Assembly (NCBI GenBank): GCA_035550375.1
Contig: DASZPH010000038.1
Coordinates: forward strand, 90,667-154,666
DNA: 64,000 nt
DNA from: Pirellulales bacterium
GTDB taxonomy: Bacteria; Planctomycetota; Planctomycetia; Pirellulales; JAICIG01
Direction: 5' to 3'
Each line of letters starts with the position of its first letter. Position 1 is the first letter of the stretch. Both the position numbers and the translations under genes were made by a program. A model generated the notes under the pieces. The model was not told the DNA's origin. It worked only from the letters and a program-made list of their open reading frames with translations, and did not search any database. Below, in pieces: positions 44,401 through 52,199 of this stretch.

Positions 44401-46878
44401 CTAGTTGCAGCAGGGGACCGGGCAGCAGACCTGCACCGGAACCTGCTTGCAGATCACTTTGGGCACGCAGCGGGTCACCGTGCAGGCGACCTGCTTCGGC
44501 ACGCATCGCGTGACCTGGATCGTCTTCGTGTAGTGCACCGGCTTGCAGACGCAATACGGCACTTGCTTCACGTGACGCTCGGCCACCATGTGGCAGACCT
44601 GATAGGGCACCTCTTTGGTGTAGCACTCCTTGACCAGGCGGCACACCTTGTAGCAGCAGGTCTTCACCCGGTGCTCAGGCACCATGTGGCAGACCTGATA
44701 GGTGCAGGTCTTGACTCGTTGCTCAGGCACCATGCGGCAGACCTGATAGCAGCAAGTCTTCACGCGGTGCTCAGGCACCATGTGGCACACCTGGTAGGTG
44801 CAACGACGCACGTGGCATTCCGGAACCATTCGGCAGACCTGGTAGGTGCAGGTCTTGACCCGCTGCTCCGGCACCATGTGGCAGACCTGGTAGGTGCAGG
44901 TCTTCGTCCGGCACTCAGGCACCATCTTGCAGACCTGGTAGGTGCAGGTCTTGACCCGTTGCTCGGGCACCATGTGGCAGACCTGGTAGGTGCAAACCTG
45001 CGTGCGGCACTCGGGCACCATCTTGCAGACCTGGTAGGTGCAGGTCTTCACGCGATGCTCAGGCACCATGTGGCAGACCTGGTAGGTGCAGGTCTTGACG
45101 CGGCACTCGGGCACCATCTTGCAGACCTGATAGGTGCAGGTCTTCACGCGTTGCTCAGGCACCATGTGGCAGACCTGGTAGGTGCAGACCTTCGTCCGGC
45201 ACTCGGGCACCATCTTGCAGACCTGGTAGGTGCAAGTCTTCACGCGGTTCTCACGAACCATGTGGCAGACCTGGTAGGTGCAGGTCTTCACGCGGCACTC
45301 CGGCACCATCTTGCAGACCTGGTAGGTGCAGGTCTTCACGCGGTGCTCAGGCACCATGTGGCAGACCTGATAGGTGCAGGTCTTGACGCACTGCTCAGGC
45401 ACCATCTTGCAGACCTGGTAGGGCACCCGCTTCTCGTGGCACTCGGCCACCATGTGGCAGACCTGATAGGTGCAGGTCTTGACGCACTGCTCGGGCACCA
45501 TCTTGCAGACCTGATAGGTGCAGGTCTTGCTGCGGGTCTCAGCCACGTACTTCACGCAGTTGACCGTCCGCTCCTGGACCTCAGGCACCCAAACCTTCTT
45601 GCAGACCTTGACCGGCGGGCACTGCACCTGGCAGGTCCGCACGGGGCCGGGGCAATAGACGCACCGGCAACGGCAGGCATCCCAGGTCCAGCAGCCGGGC
45701 TCCTGCACGCACTTGGTGATCACGCGGCCGGGGCACTCGCTGACTTGGGTTTCCCAATGTCCGCAGCAGACCTGGACGGTCTTGGTGTAGTGAACCGGCT
45801 TGCACACGTTGTAGCAGATCGTCCGCTCGCGGGTCTCGTAGACGGGCTTGCAGACCGTGTAGCAGATCTGGCGGGTCTTGGTCTCGTAGACGGGCTTGCA
45901 GACCGTATAGCGGCACACCCGCTCGCGGGTCTCGTAGACCGGTTTGCAGACGGTGTAGCAGATCTGGCGGGTCTTGGTCTCGTAGACGGGCTTGCAGACC
46001 GTGTAGTGGATCTCGCGGGTCTTCGTCTCGTAGACGGGCTTGCAGACCGTGTACGGGATCTCGCGGGTCTTGGTCTCATAGACGGGCTTGCAGACCGTGT
46101 ACGGGATCTCGCAGGTCTTGGTTTCCCAGACGGGCTTGCAGACCGTGTAGTGGATCTCGCGGGTCTTGGTCTCGTAGACCGGCTTGCAGACCGTGTACGG
46201 GATCTGGCAAGTCTTGGTCTCGTAGACCGGCTTGCAGACCGTGTAGTTGATCGTGCGAGTCTTGGTCTCGTAGACCGGCTTGCAAACCGTGTAGCAGATC
46301 TCGCGGGTCTTGGTCTCGTAGACCGGCTTGCAGACCGTGTACGGGATCTCCCGGACCTTGGTCTCCCAGACGGGCTTGCAGACCGTGTAGTGGATCTCGC
46401 GGGTCTTCGTCTCGTAGACCGGTTTGCAGACCGTGTAGCAGATCTCGCGGGTCTTGGTCTCGTAGACCGGCTTGCAGACCGTGTACGGGATCTGGCAGGT
46501 CTTGGTTTCCCAGACCGGCTTGCAGACCGAGCAATTCACGGTGCGGGTCTTGGTCTCCCAGACCGGCTTGCAGACCGTGTACTCGCAGTTGCGGACACGC
46601 TGCTCCTGCACGTACTTCACGCAGTTGACGGTGCGCTCCTCGCAAACGGGCTCGTACACCGTCTTGTAACAGGTGTAGTTTTGCCGCTCGTAGACCACCT
46701 CCTTGCAGGTCTTCATCACCGTATGGCATTGCTGCTTGCAGCAGGCGTAGCTGACGGTGTCGCAGCTACGCGCGCAACATTGGTACCTCGCCGCGCCGCA
46801 ATAGCTGGCGTCGGCGGAACTCCATGCGAGCGCCGTGAGGGCCACGGCGATCAGCGGAGTTCTCGAGAGAGCTTTCAT
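44401..46878 (-). CDS. secreted cysteine-rich YTV-type tandem-repeat protein
   Basis: 825-aa ORF with signal peptide MKALSRTPLIAVALTALAWSSADA. Contains 17 x YTVCKPV(Y/W)ETKTREIx and 20 x YQVC(K/R/H)MVPExRVKTCT units. I count 112 Cys by hand. The motif matches my recollection of the Pfam YTV family from Rhodopirellula. Confidence 0.9.
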   Translation of the reverse strand: MKALSRTPLIAVALTALAWSSADASYCGAARYQCCARSCDTVSYACCKQQCHTVMKTCKEVVYERQNYTCYKTVYEPVCEERTVNCVKYVQEQRVRNCEYTVCKPVWETKTRTVNCSVCKPVWETKTCQIPYTVCKPVYETKTREICYTVCKPVYETKTREIHYTVCKPVWETKVREIPYTVCKPVYETKTREICYTVCKPVYETKTRTINYTVCKPVYETKTCQIPYTVCKPVYETKTREIHYTVCKPVWETKTCEIPYTVCKPVYETKTREIPYTVCKPVYETKTREIHYTVCKPVYETKTRQICYTVCKPVYETRERVCRYTVCKPVYETKTRQICYTVCKPVYETRERTICYNVCKPVHYTKTVQVCCGHWETQVSECPGRVITKCVQEPGCWTWDACRCRCVYCPGPVRTCQVQCPPVKVCKKVWVPEVQERTVNCVKYVAETRSKTCTYQVCKMVPEQCVKTCTYQVCHMVAECHEKRVPYQVCKMVPEQCVKTCTYQVCHMVPEHRVKTCTYQVCKMVPECRVKTCTYQVCHMVRENRVKTCTYQVCKMVPECRTKVCTYQVCHMVPEQRVKTCTYQVCKMVPECRVKTCTYQVCHMVPEHRVKTCTYQVCKMVPECRTQVCTYQVCHMVPEQRVKTCTYQVCKMVPECRTKTCTYQVCHMVPEQRVKTCTYQVCRMVPECHVRRCTYQVCHMVPEHRVKTCCYQVCRMVPEQRVKTCTYQVCHMVPEHRVKTCCYKVCRLVKECYTKEVPYQVCHMVAERHVKQVPYCVCKPVHYTKTIQVTRCVPKQVACTVTRCVPKVICKQVPVQVCCPVPCCN
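44557..45516 (-). repeat. 20 x 48-bp in-frame tandem repeat (YQVC[KRH]MVPE type; 96-bp super-period)
   Basis: Phase verified at the codon level at 45516. ...caccatgtggcagacctggtaggtgca... (His type) alternates with ...caccatcttgcagacctggtaggtgca... (Lys type) every 48 bp. Confidence 0.9.
45766..46581 (-). repeat. 17 x 48-bp in-frame tandem repeat (YTVCKPVYETKTREI type)
   Basis: The repeating unit cttgcagaccgtgta(g/c)...ctcgcgggtcttggtctcgtagac(c/g)gg is seen 17 times with no indels. Confidence 0.9.
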
Positions 46879-47505
46879 ACTCCTGCCTCCTCCAAGGACT
46901 TGAACGAAAAGGTAGGGCCTGGTCGGACGAGCTCATGCTCGTCTACGGGTAACTTCGGCCGCACATTCCGCGTGCATTAGCTCGGTCGCATAGCTGGCAC
47001 GAACATCCGGCTCGCCCCGGACGCCGTAGGCGATGCCACACTAGCGATCGATTGGCCGTATGCCAGTGACTATCGTCAAGGCAGGCGAACTGCTTGATCC
47101 TCGCGGCCTAAAACGGCTGCGGATCTGGCGATATTTGGAGAGGCCCGTGGAACTGCAAGCTTTTTGCCGTGCAGGCCCACGACACCTTATTCATCGGCTT
47201 TTCGGGCTGCACTCTATGCACCAACGTTGCCGCGCGGCGCGGTGCGGCAGGCCTGCCGTGAGGGTTGCGCGGGTTAGGTGATATGGAGAGGTCGGCGCAG
47301 TCTGCGCGCGAACCCACGGGGCGTGTTGGCTCGACCTACGCTTGTCCAGGGTCCATTCGGGCTGGCGGAGCCACTGGGCCACGAGGGGCCGGTGAAGGGC
47401 CGGACTTTCGCTTGTTAAGATGGGTAGGAGTCTCTAAAGTAGGCTTCCCTGAAACGGCTCTCTCCACAATCCACAGCACCCGCGGGCTTGCTTGCCGGGC
47501 CTTGA

Positions 47506-48168
47506 ATGCGTCAGCGGAAGAGGAAACCTCCTACCCCCCCCAGCGATGGCTCCATCCCCAAGGCGGTCGTCAACCGGCTCAGCCTCTATTTGAGGGAACT
47601 TGAGCATCTTGTGCGCGACGGCTACGAAACGACCAGTTCCAACCGGCTGGGACGCGTTTTGGGTTTCACCGATGCCCAGGTCCGCAAAGACCTGGCCTAC
47701 TTCGGCCATTTTGGCTATCCGGGGATCGGTTATCGTTGCGACGAGCTGATCACGGCCATCAAACGCATTCTCGGTACAGATCAGCAGTGGCCGGCCGCGC
47801 TGGTCGGCGTGGGCAACCTGGGCCGTGCGCTCCTCGGCTACCGAGGCTTTCCGCAACGGGGATTCCGCATCGTGGCCGCCTTCGATGCGGCCGCAGACAA
47901 AGTGGGAACCGTCATCGAGGGGCTGGTCGTACAACACCTCGATCGCTTGCCCGATGTGGCCGCAGCCCATAGGATACGTCTCGGCATGATCGCCGTCCCG
48001 TCCGCCTCGGCGCAGCTTGTCGCTGACCGGCTGGTGGCGGTTGGCGTCGAAGGCATTTTGAACTTCGCCCCAGTGACGATCAACCTGCCCGACCATGTCA
48101 GTCAGGTGGGGGTCGACCTGGCCATCGAGTTGGAACAGCTTGCCTTCTCGGTCGTGAACCGGAAATGA
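47506..48168 (+). CDS. rex: redox-sensing transcriptional repressor Rex
   Basis: N-terminal winged helix (IPKAVVNRLSLYLRELEHL...SSNRLGRVLGFTDAQVRKDLAYFGHFGYPGIGY) and Rossmann motif LVGVGNLGRALLGY. Confidence 0.9.
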   Translation: MRQRKRKPPTPPSDGSIPKAVVNRLSLYLRELEHLVRDGYETTSSNRLGRVLGFTDAQVRKDLAYFGHFGYPGIGYRCDELITAIKRILGTDQQWPAALVGVGNLGRALLGYRGFPQRGFRIVAAFDAAADKVGTVIEGLVVQHLDRLPDVAAAHRIRLGMIAVPSASAQLVADRLVAVGVEGILNFAPVTINLPDHVSQVGVDLAIELEQLAFSVVNRK

Positions 48169-48295
48169 CGGTCGCGTTAGTTCCCTCTCCCCTTGGGAGC
48201 GGGTGAGGGCGGCCCAAAGTTCCGATTAGCGTGACGGGCGAAGCGAACTTGCCGCGCTTGCCGCCTGTCAGCACAATGACAAGAATGTCGGCACT

Positions 48296-48366
48296 TACCC
48301 GGTGGTGTAATGGTAACACTAGGGACTTTGGCTCCCTCATTCTAGGTTCGAGTCCTAGCCGGGTAG
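48296..48366 (+). tRNA. tRNA-Gln (anticodon UUG)
   Basis: Cloverleaf folded by hand. Acceptor TACCCGG/CCGGGTA, D stem GTGT/ACAC, anticodon stem AGGGA/TCCCT with loop CT-TTG-GC, T arm CTAGG-TTCGAGT-CCTAG, discriminator G. CCA is not encoded. Confidence 0.9.
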
Positions 48367-48383
48367 TTTTTGGAGATCCCGCA

Positions 48384-49655
48384 GTGATTCCGCCCGTACG
48401 ACTTGGCGGTTCTCGCAGCAACAGAGTGTTGCGCCTTGTCGTGCTTCTTGTATCAGGCGTCGTCTTCGCGCCGGCTGAAAGCCGTTCTGCCGAGGCGACG
48501 AGCGACGACCGGCCGGTCGTCGTTTCTCAGAAGGCCCTCGATATCCACCGTTCGGCCTTGGTGTTTGACGGCCACAACGACCTGCCCTGGAAACTGCGCG
48601 ACGAGTTCGGCGGATCGCTCGACAAATGCGACCTCACGCACCCGCAGCCCAAGTTACAGACCGATATTCCCCGCTTAAGACGAGGGGGGGTGGGAGCCCA
48701 GTTCTGGTCGGTTTATGTGCCGGCCGAAACGCGGCAGGCGGGCACGGCCCTGCGCGACACGCTCGAGCAGATCGATCTGGTCTATCGGCTCGTCGCCCGC
48801 TATCCCGACACGTTCGAGTTGGCCCTCACGGCTCAAGACGTCGAGCGCATTCATGGGCAAGGGAAGATCGCCTCGCTGATCGGCGTTGAAGGAGGCCACT
48901 CGATCCAGGAATCGATCGGCGCGCTGCGGCAGCTTTACCGGCTCGGTGCACGTTACATGACGCTCACCCATAGCGACACCCTCTCCTGGGCCGACTCGGC
49001 AACCGACGAACCCGAACACGGCGGCCTGACTGCCTTCGGAGAAGAGGTCGTCCGCGAAATGAACCGCCTGGGCATGCTGGTCGATCTTTCTCATGTCTCG
49101 GCCGATACGATGCGCGATGCGCTGCGCGTCTCGCGGGCGCCGGTCATCGCCTCGCACTCGTCGGCCTATGGTGTGGCACCCCATAGCCGCAACGTGCCCG
49201 ACGACGTCTTGAAGCTTGTGGCCGAGAACGGCGGCGTGGTGATGGTCAACTTCTATTCCGGTTACGTCGTTCCCGAAGCGGCCCGCATCCGGGCCGACTT
49301 CCTCGAGGCCCGGCGCGAATTGAGGGCTCGCTTCGCCGACCCGGCCGAATACGACGCCGCCGTGAAGCGCTGGGACGACGCCCATCCGATCTCAGCCGGA
49401 ACGGTTCGCACGGTGGTCGACCACATCGACCACATCGTCCGGGTGGCCGGCGTCGATCACGTGGGGATCGGCTCCGATTTCGACGGCGTATCGATGGTTC
49501 CCCGCCAGCTCGAAGATGTGTCGTGCTACCCCAACATCACGCAAGAACTGTTGAACCGGGGATATGGAGAGCGCGACATCGTTAAGATCCTGGGCGCCAA
49601 CATTCTGCGCGCCTTGCGCGCCGCGGAAGAGACGGCCGCAAAGGCGTCAAGGTAA
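48384..49655 (+). CDS. membrane dipeptidase (peptidase family M19)
   Basis: FDGHNDLPWKLR, GVEGGH, LTHS, ASHSSAY, IGSDFDG. GTG 48384 is preceded by GGAG at -12. It leaves the tRNA clear and gives a signal-anchor N-terminus (RVLRLVVLLVSGVVFA). Confidence 0.85.
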   Translation: MIPPVRLGGSRSNRVLRLVVLLVSGVVFAPAESRSAEATSDDRPVVVSQKALDIHRSALVFDGHNDLPWKLRDEFGGSLDKCDLTHPQPKLQTDIPRLRRGGVGAQFWSVYVPAETRQAGTALRDTLEQIDLVYRLVARYPDTFELALTAQDVERIHGQGKIASLIGVEGGHSIQESIGALRQLYRLGARYMTLTHSDTLSWADSATDEPEHGGLTAFGEEVVREMNRLGMLVDLSHVSADTMRDALRVSRAPVIASHSSAYGVAPHSRNVPDDVLKLVAENGGVVMVNFYSGYVVPEAARIRADFLEARRELRARFADPAEYDAAVKRWDDAHPISAGTVRTVVDHIDHIVRVAGVDHVGIGSDFDGVSMVPRQLEDVSCYPNITQELLNRGYGERDIVKILGANILRALRAAEETAAKASR

Positions 49656-50318
49656 GCCGAGATCGACCTTCAACCGCAAGGCAAGCGCCGCCAGGGCCAC
49701 CAAGGCGGCCAGCAAAAGCAGGTCGACAACCGAGAATTGCAGCCGGCCGCGCTCGGTGAGGCGTTCTTTGAGCGAGCCCAGCAGTCCGCCGACTAGGGCC
49801 CCGTAGAGGGTGAAGGCGATGGCCGATGTGATGATCAGGCCCCAGCGGACCCGACTTTTGGCAAAACTGCGATCGGCGACCATCGCCAGGCTGATGGTGG
49901 CTCCCAACGCCGCCCCCAGTAGCACGAAGTCGACCAAACGCCGGCCGCGGGCCTGGGGCCGATCGGGCCAGGCGAGCATGTGCTCGTCACGCAGGCGCGC
50001 TGCGACTTCGCGGTCGCCCACGTCGACCAGCACCCGGTCTTGTCCGTCGCGACGCTCGCACGTCGAGCCGATGCCCTGGGCCAACAACGCGTCCTGGTAG
50101 CGCTGTCGATTCTCGCGGTCGTAGAACGACGCGATGACCAGGCGATCTTCCGGCTGCAGTCCTTGGGAGAGCGGTCCGGTGGTCGCCGCGCTGGGAGCTT
50201 GCTCTCGAATCGCTTGCAGCGTCGCACGAATCCGTTCCGCGCTTTTTGGCGGAGTGAGGTCGGCACGTTGCGGCCGCGATCCTTCGTCTTCAGGGTTGCC
50301 GGGGAGATCTGTCGACAT
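49647..50318 (-). CDS. hypothetical membrane protein
   Basis: 223-aa ORF with a soluble N-terminal half and three hydrophobic helices in the C-terminal half (FVLLGAALGATISLAMV, LIITSAIAFTLYGALVGGLLG, VVDLLLLAALVALAALAL). No family recognised. Confidence 0.5.
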   Translation of the reverse strand: MSTDLPGNPEDEGSRPQRADLTPPKSAERIRATLQAIREQAPSAATTGPLSQGLQPEDRLVIASFYDRENRQRYQDALLAQGIGSTCERRDGQDRVLVDVGDREVAARLRDEHMLAWPDRPQARGRRLVDFVLLGAALGATISLAMVADRSFAKSRVRWGLIITSAIAFTLYGALVGGLLGSLKERLTERGRLQFSVVDLLLLAALVALAALALRLKVDLGLP

Positions 50319-50449
50319 GGATCACGCTCATCGCTGCGCACCTAGCGAATTGACATCTCCCCATCGCCCTCATTATATGCCGGCGGTTCAGCCTAACAAC
50401 GTGGCCGGTTGCGGCTACGGCCGGTGGTGCCGCGACGGATCAGACGGCA

Positions 50450-50722
50450 GTGCGCCAAGATTTATTCGGGGAAGCTCCCTGGCCACAGACCGTCGTCTTA
50501 TCGAGCGAGGGCATGCTCGTCACGACTCCGCACTCAGAGGGCCGCTACCGATGGGAAGGCCTCGACTCGATCGACACCACGGCGACGCATGTGCTCTTTT
50601 ATCTCAGCAAACTCCACGCGGTGATCGTGCCTGCGAGGGCATTCCGCAACGAAGCGCAGTTTCAGGCGTTCGTCGCGCTTGCCCGCGAGCGGTGGAATCA
50701 CGCAAGATCGCCGTCGAACTGA
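50450..50722 (+). CDS. YcxB-like domain protein (short, possibly a fragment)
   Basis: WEGLDSIDTTATHVLFYLSKLHAVIVPARAFRNEAQFQAFVALARERW resembles the C-terminal YcxB-like domain. GTG start. The open frame begins only at 50354, so the usual N-terminal TM pair is absent. Confidence 0.45.
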   Translation: MRQDLFGEAPWPQTVVLSSEGMLVTTPHSEGRYRWEGLDSIDTTATHVLFYLSKLHAVIVPARAFRNEAQFQAFVALARERWNHARSPSN

Positions 50723-50757
50723 AAGATCGAGAAACACAGAGGGCCAAGCGGCAGATC

Positions 50758-51252
50758 TTAAACGAGGACCGGCACGTTGATCGGCAGCGCGAAGCTCATG
50801 TGCAGTTCGGCATGGCGGAGATGACACCGGTCCCACTGGTCGAGGCTCATCTCGCCCAGAAGCGGATGGGCGGCTCGCTCCGTCTCAAAACCGAGCCGGT
50901 CGATCGCTTCGCGCAGGGCCGCAAGCCCCTCGTCGGAGCTGATGGGATCGGGCAAAAGCCGTTGGGCGGCAGCAGCCGGTAAATGCATTCCGGCCGGCAT
51001 GGGTCCGGTCAAAAAGCGGCGTCCGTACCGCAGCCTAACCAGCAGGCGCGACCACCACGACGTCTCAAGGGGCAGTCCCTCCACCGATGCGTGCATACTC
51101 CGAGCGAGATGCAGGAAAACCTGGCCCAGCGACCAGTTGCCCAGCATGAGCACCTCGCTCTGCGCCAGGCATTCCGCGTCCGCCAGCAGCTCTTGGAAGC
51201 TCTCGTAGCGGATCGGTCGGCGGTCGCTGACGCGGCGAGTGTTGACGGCCAT
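50758..51252 (-). CDS. DinB-superfamily protein (DUF1569-like)
   Basis: 164 aa. Four-helix-bundle-type sequence with the C-terminal signature HPLLGEMSLDQWDRCHLRHAELHMSF, typical of DUF1569. Confidence 0.7.
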   Translation of the reverse strand: MAVNTRRVSDRRPIRYESFQELLADAECLAQSEVLMLGNWSLGQVFLHLARSMHASVEGLPLETSWWSRLLVRLRYGRRFLTGPMPAGMHLPAAAAQRLLPDPISSDEGLAALREAIDRLGFETERAAHPLLGEMSLDQWDRCHLRHAELHMSFALPINVPVLV

Positions 51253-51366
51253 GGTCGGCTCCTATCGCGGAGGCGCGTGCCCGTCACCGAGGCGCGCGCT
51301 GGAGTTCCTCCAGACGGGTCAGCATAACGGCTTGAGAAGGCGTTTCCAAGGGGCTCGCAGCTCAGG

Positions 51367-52155
51367 TTGCGGCTTCTTTATAATAGAGGCCCATTCAGTC
51401 GACAAAGACGCCTAAGTCTTTGTAGGTTCTGTATTTTGAAGCACGTCTCGGGCCACCCAGCAGGTTCGTTTTTGGACAGTCAAACGATTCGGGTCGTCGT
51501 GCAGGCGCGGATGGGCTCCGGCCGTCTGCCGGGTAAGGTGCTCGCCGATCTGGCGGGGCGCCCGATGCTGGAATTCGTCGTTCGGCGCCTCCAGGCCGCG
51601 GACGCGGGCTTTCAGGTGCACGTGGCGACCTCGATATCGAGCGCGGACGACGCAGTGGAGGGGTTTTGCCGGCGTCTCGATGTGCCTTGCTTTCGCGGCT
51701 CCGAAGCCGACGTTTTGGGCCGGTACGTGGCCGCCACGGCCGACCTGGCGGACGACGACGTGGTCGTGCGGGCCACGGCCGACAATCCCCTCTACTGCCC
51801 GCGGCGGACGGCGGCCATCCTGGCCGAACACCGCCATCTGCAGGCCGACTACACGTGCATCGAAAACCTGTCTTACGTTGTGCCCGAAGTGATGCAGGCG
51901 GCCGCCTTAAGAGCGATGTGCTCGGTCGCCTCCGACGCCCGCTGCCGCGAGCACGTGACGCCCTACTTTCGCGAAGCGGCGCACGACTTTCGGGTCGTCA
52001 CGCTGCCGGCCGACTGGCAGGGTCTGCGGCCGGAAATACGCCTGACGGTCGACACGGTGGAAGAGCTCGACCGGATGTCGGCAATTTGCCGGACCCTGGC
52101 ACCTCGCGGCCTGCTGTTTCCGCTAGAAGGCGTCTATTCACTTTTCGACGCCTGA
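51367..52155 (+). CDS. cytidylyltransferase-family protein (SpsF / acylneuraminate cytidylyltransferase-like)
   Basis: VVVQARMGSGRLPGKVL nucleotide-binding motif, then PCFRGSEADVLGRY and ATADNPL. The real start is probably downstream of the longest-ORF TTG at 51367, for example TTG 51436. Confidence 0.75.
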   Translation: MRLLYNRGPFSRQRRLSLCRFCILKHVSGHPAGSFLDSQTIRVVVQARMGSGRLPGKVLADLAGRPMLEFVVRRLQAADAGFQVHVATSISSADDAVEGFCRRLDVPCFRGSEADVLGRYVAATADLADDDVVVRATADNPLYCPRRTAAILAEHRHLQADYTCIENLSYVVPEVMQAAALRAMCSVASDARCREHVTPYFREAAHDFRVVTLPADWQGLRPEIRLTVDTVEELDRMSAICRTLAPRGLLFPLEGVYSLFDA

Positions 52156-52199
52156 CACCGGATGAAGCGGTATAATTCCACAGATCACGAGGACACACT

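Noticed and set aside
44557-46581. The regular 48-bp periodicity could superficially resemble a CRISPR array.
   Set aside because: There are no unique spacers between the repeats. The units are contiguous, in frame and translated as one ORF, and no cas genes are present in the window.
44533-46980. 815-aa plus-strand ORF (HHVADLVGAGLD... repeats) antisense to the YTV-repeat gene, plus further long ORFs in other minus-strand frames (45581..45916, 45720..46079, 46076..46729).
   Set aside because: These are shadow frames kept open by the periodic, stop-poor, high-GC repeat. The minus-strand frame I call has a signal peptide, a matching terminator and a coherent Cys-repeat logic. The antisense product is a low-complexity H/L/A/D/G string with no start context.
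47400-47410. Minus-strand CGAAAGTCCGG resembles the universally conserved RNase P RNA P4 element (GGAAAGUCCGG).
   Set aside because: I reverse-complemented about 490 nt around it. None of the other conserved RNase P blocks is present: no ACAGAAnnCGGCUUA P4 3' strand and no GGUGCCAGGUAACGCC-like P10-12 elements. It is a chance 10-mer.
46879-47505. Looked for a Rex operator (TTGTGAA-N-TTCACAA type) upstream of rex and the YTV gene.
   Set aside because: No TGTGA/TCACA inverted pair was found by eye, so no Rex site is annotated. A divergent planctomycete Rex box cannot be excluded.
48231-48383. The longest dipeptidase ORF begins at 48231 and would read straight through the tRNA-Gln gene.
   Set aside because: A protein-coding region overlapping a same-strand tRNA is implausible. 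GTG 48384 has a GGAG upstream and gives a normal signal-anchor N-terminus.
48169-48400. tRNA-Gln as a possible integration site for a genomic island or prophage.
   Set aside because: There is no integrase, no duplicated tRNA 3' end (att-like direct repeat), and no phage or mobile genes on either side. The flanking genes are ordinary housekeeping genes.
50134-50982. 282-aa plus-strand ORF spanning the 49647..50318 gene, the YcxB-like ORF and the DUF1569 gene.
   Set aside because: It crosses three better-supported genes on both strands. It is Arg/Ser/Cys/Pro-rich and motif-free, so it is a spurious high-GC ORF.
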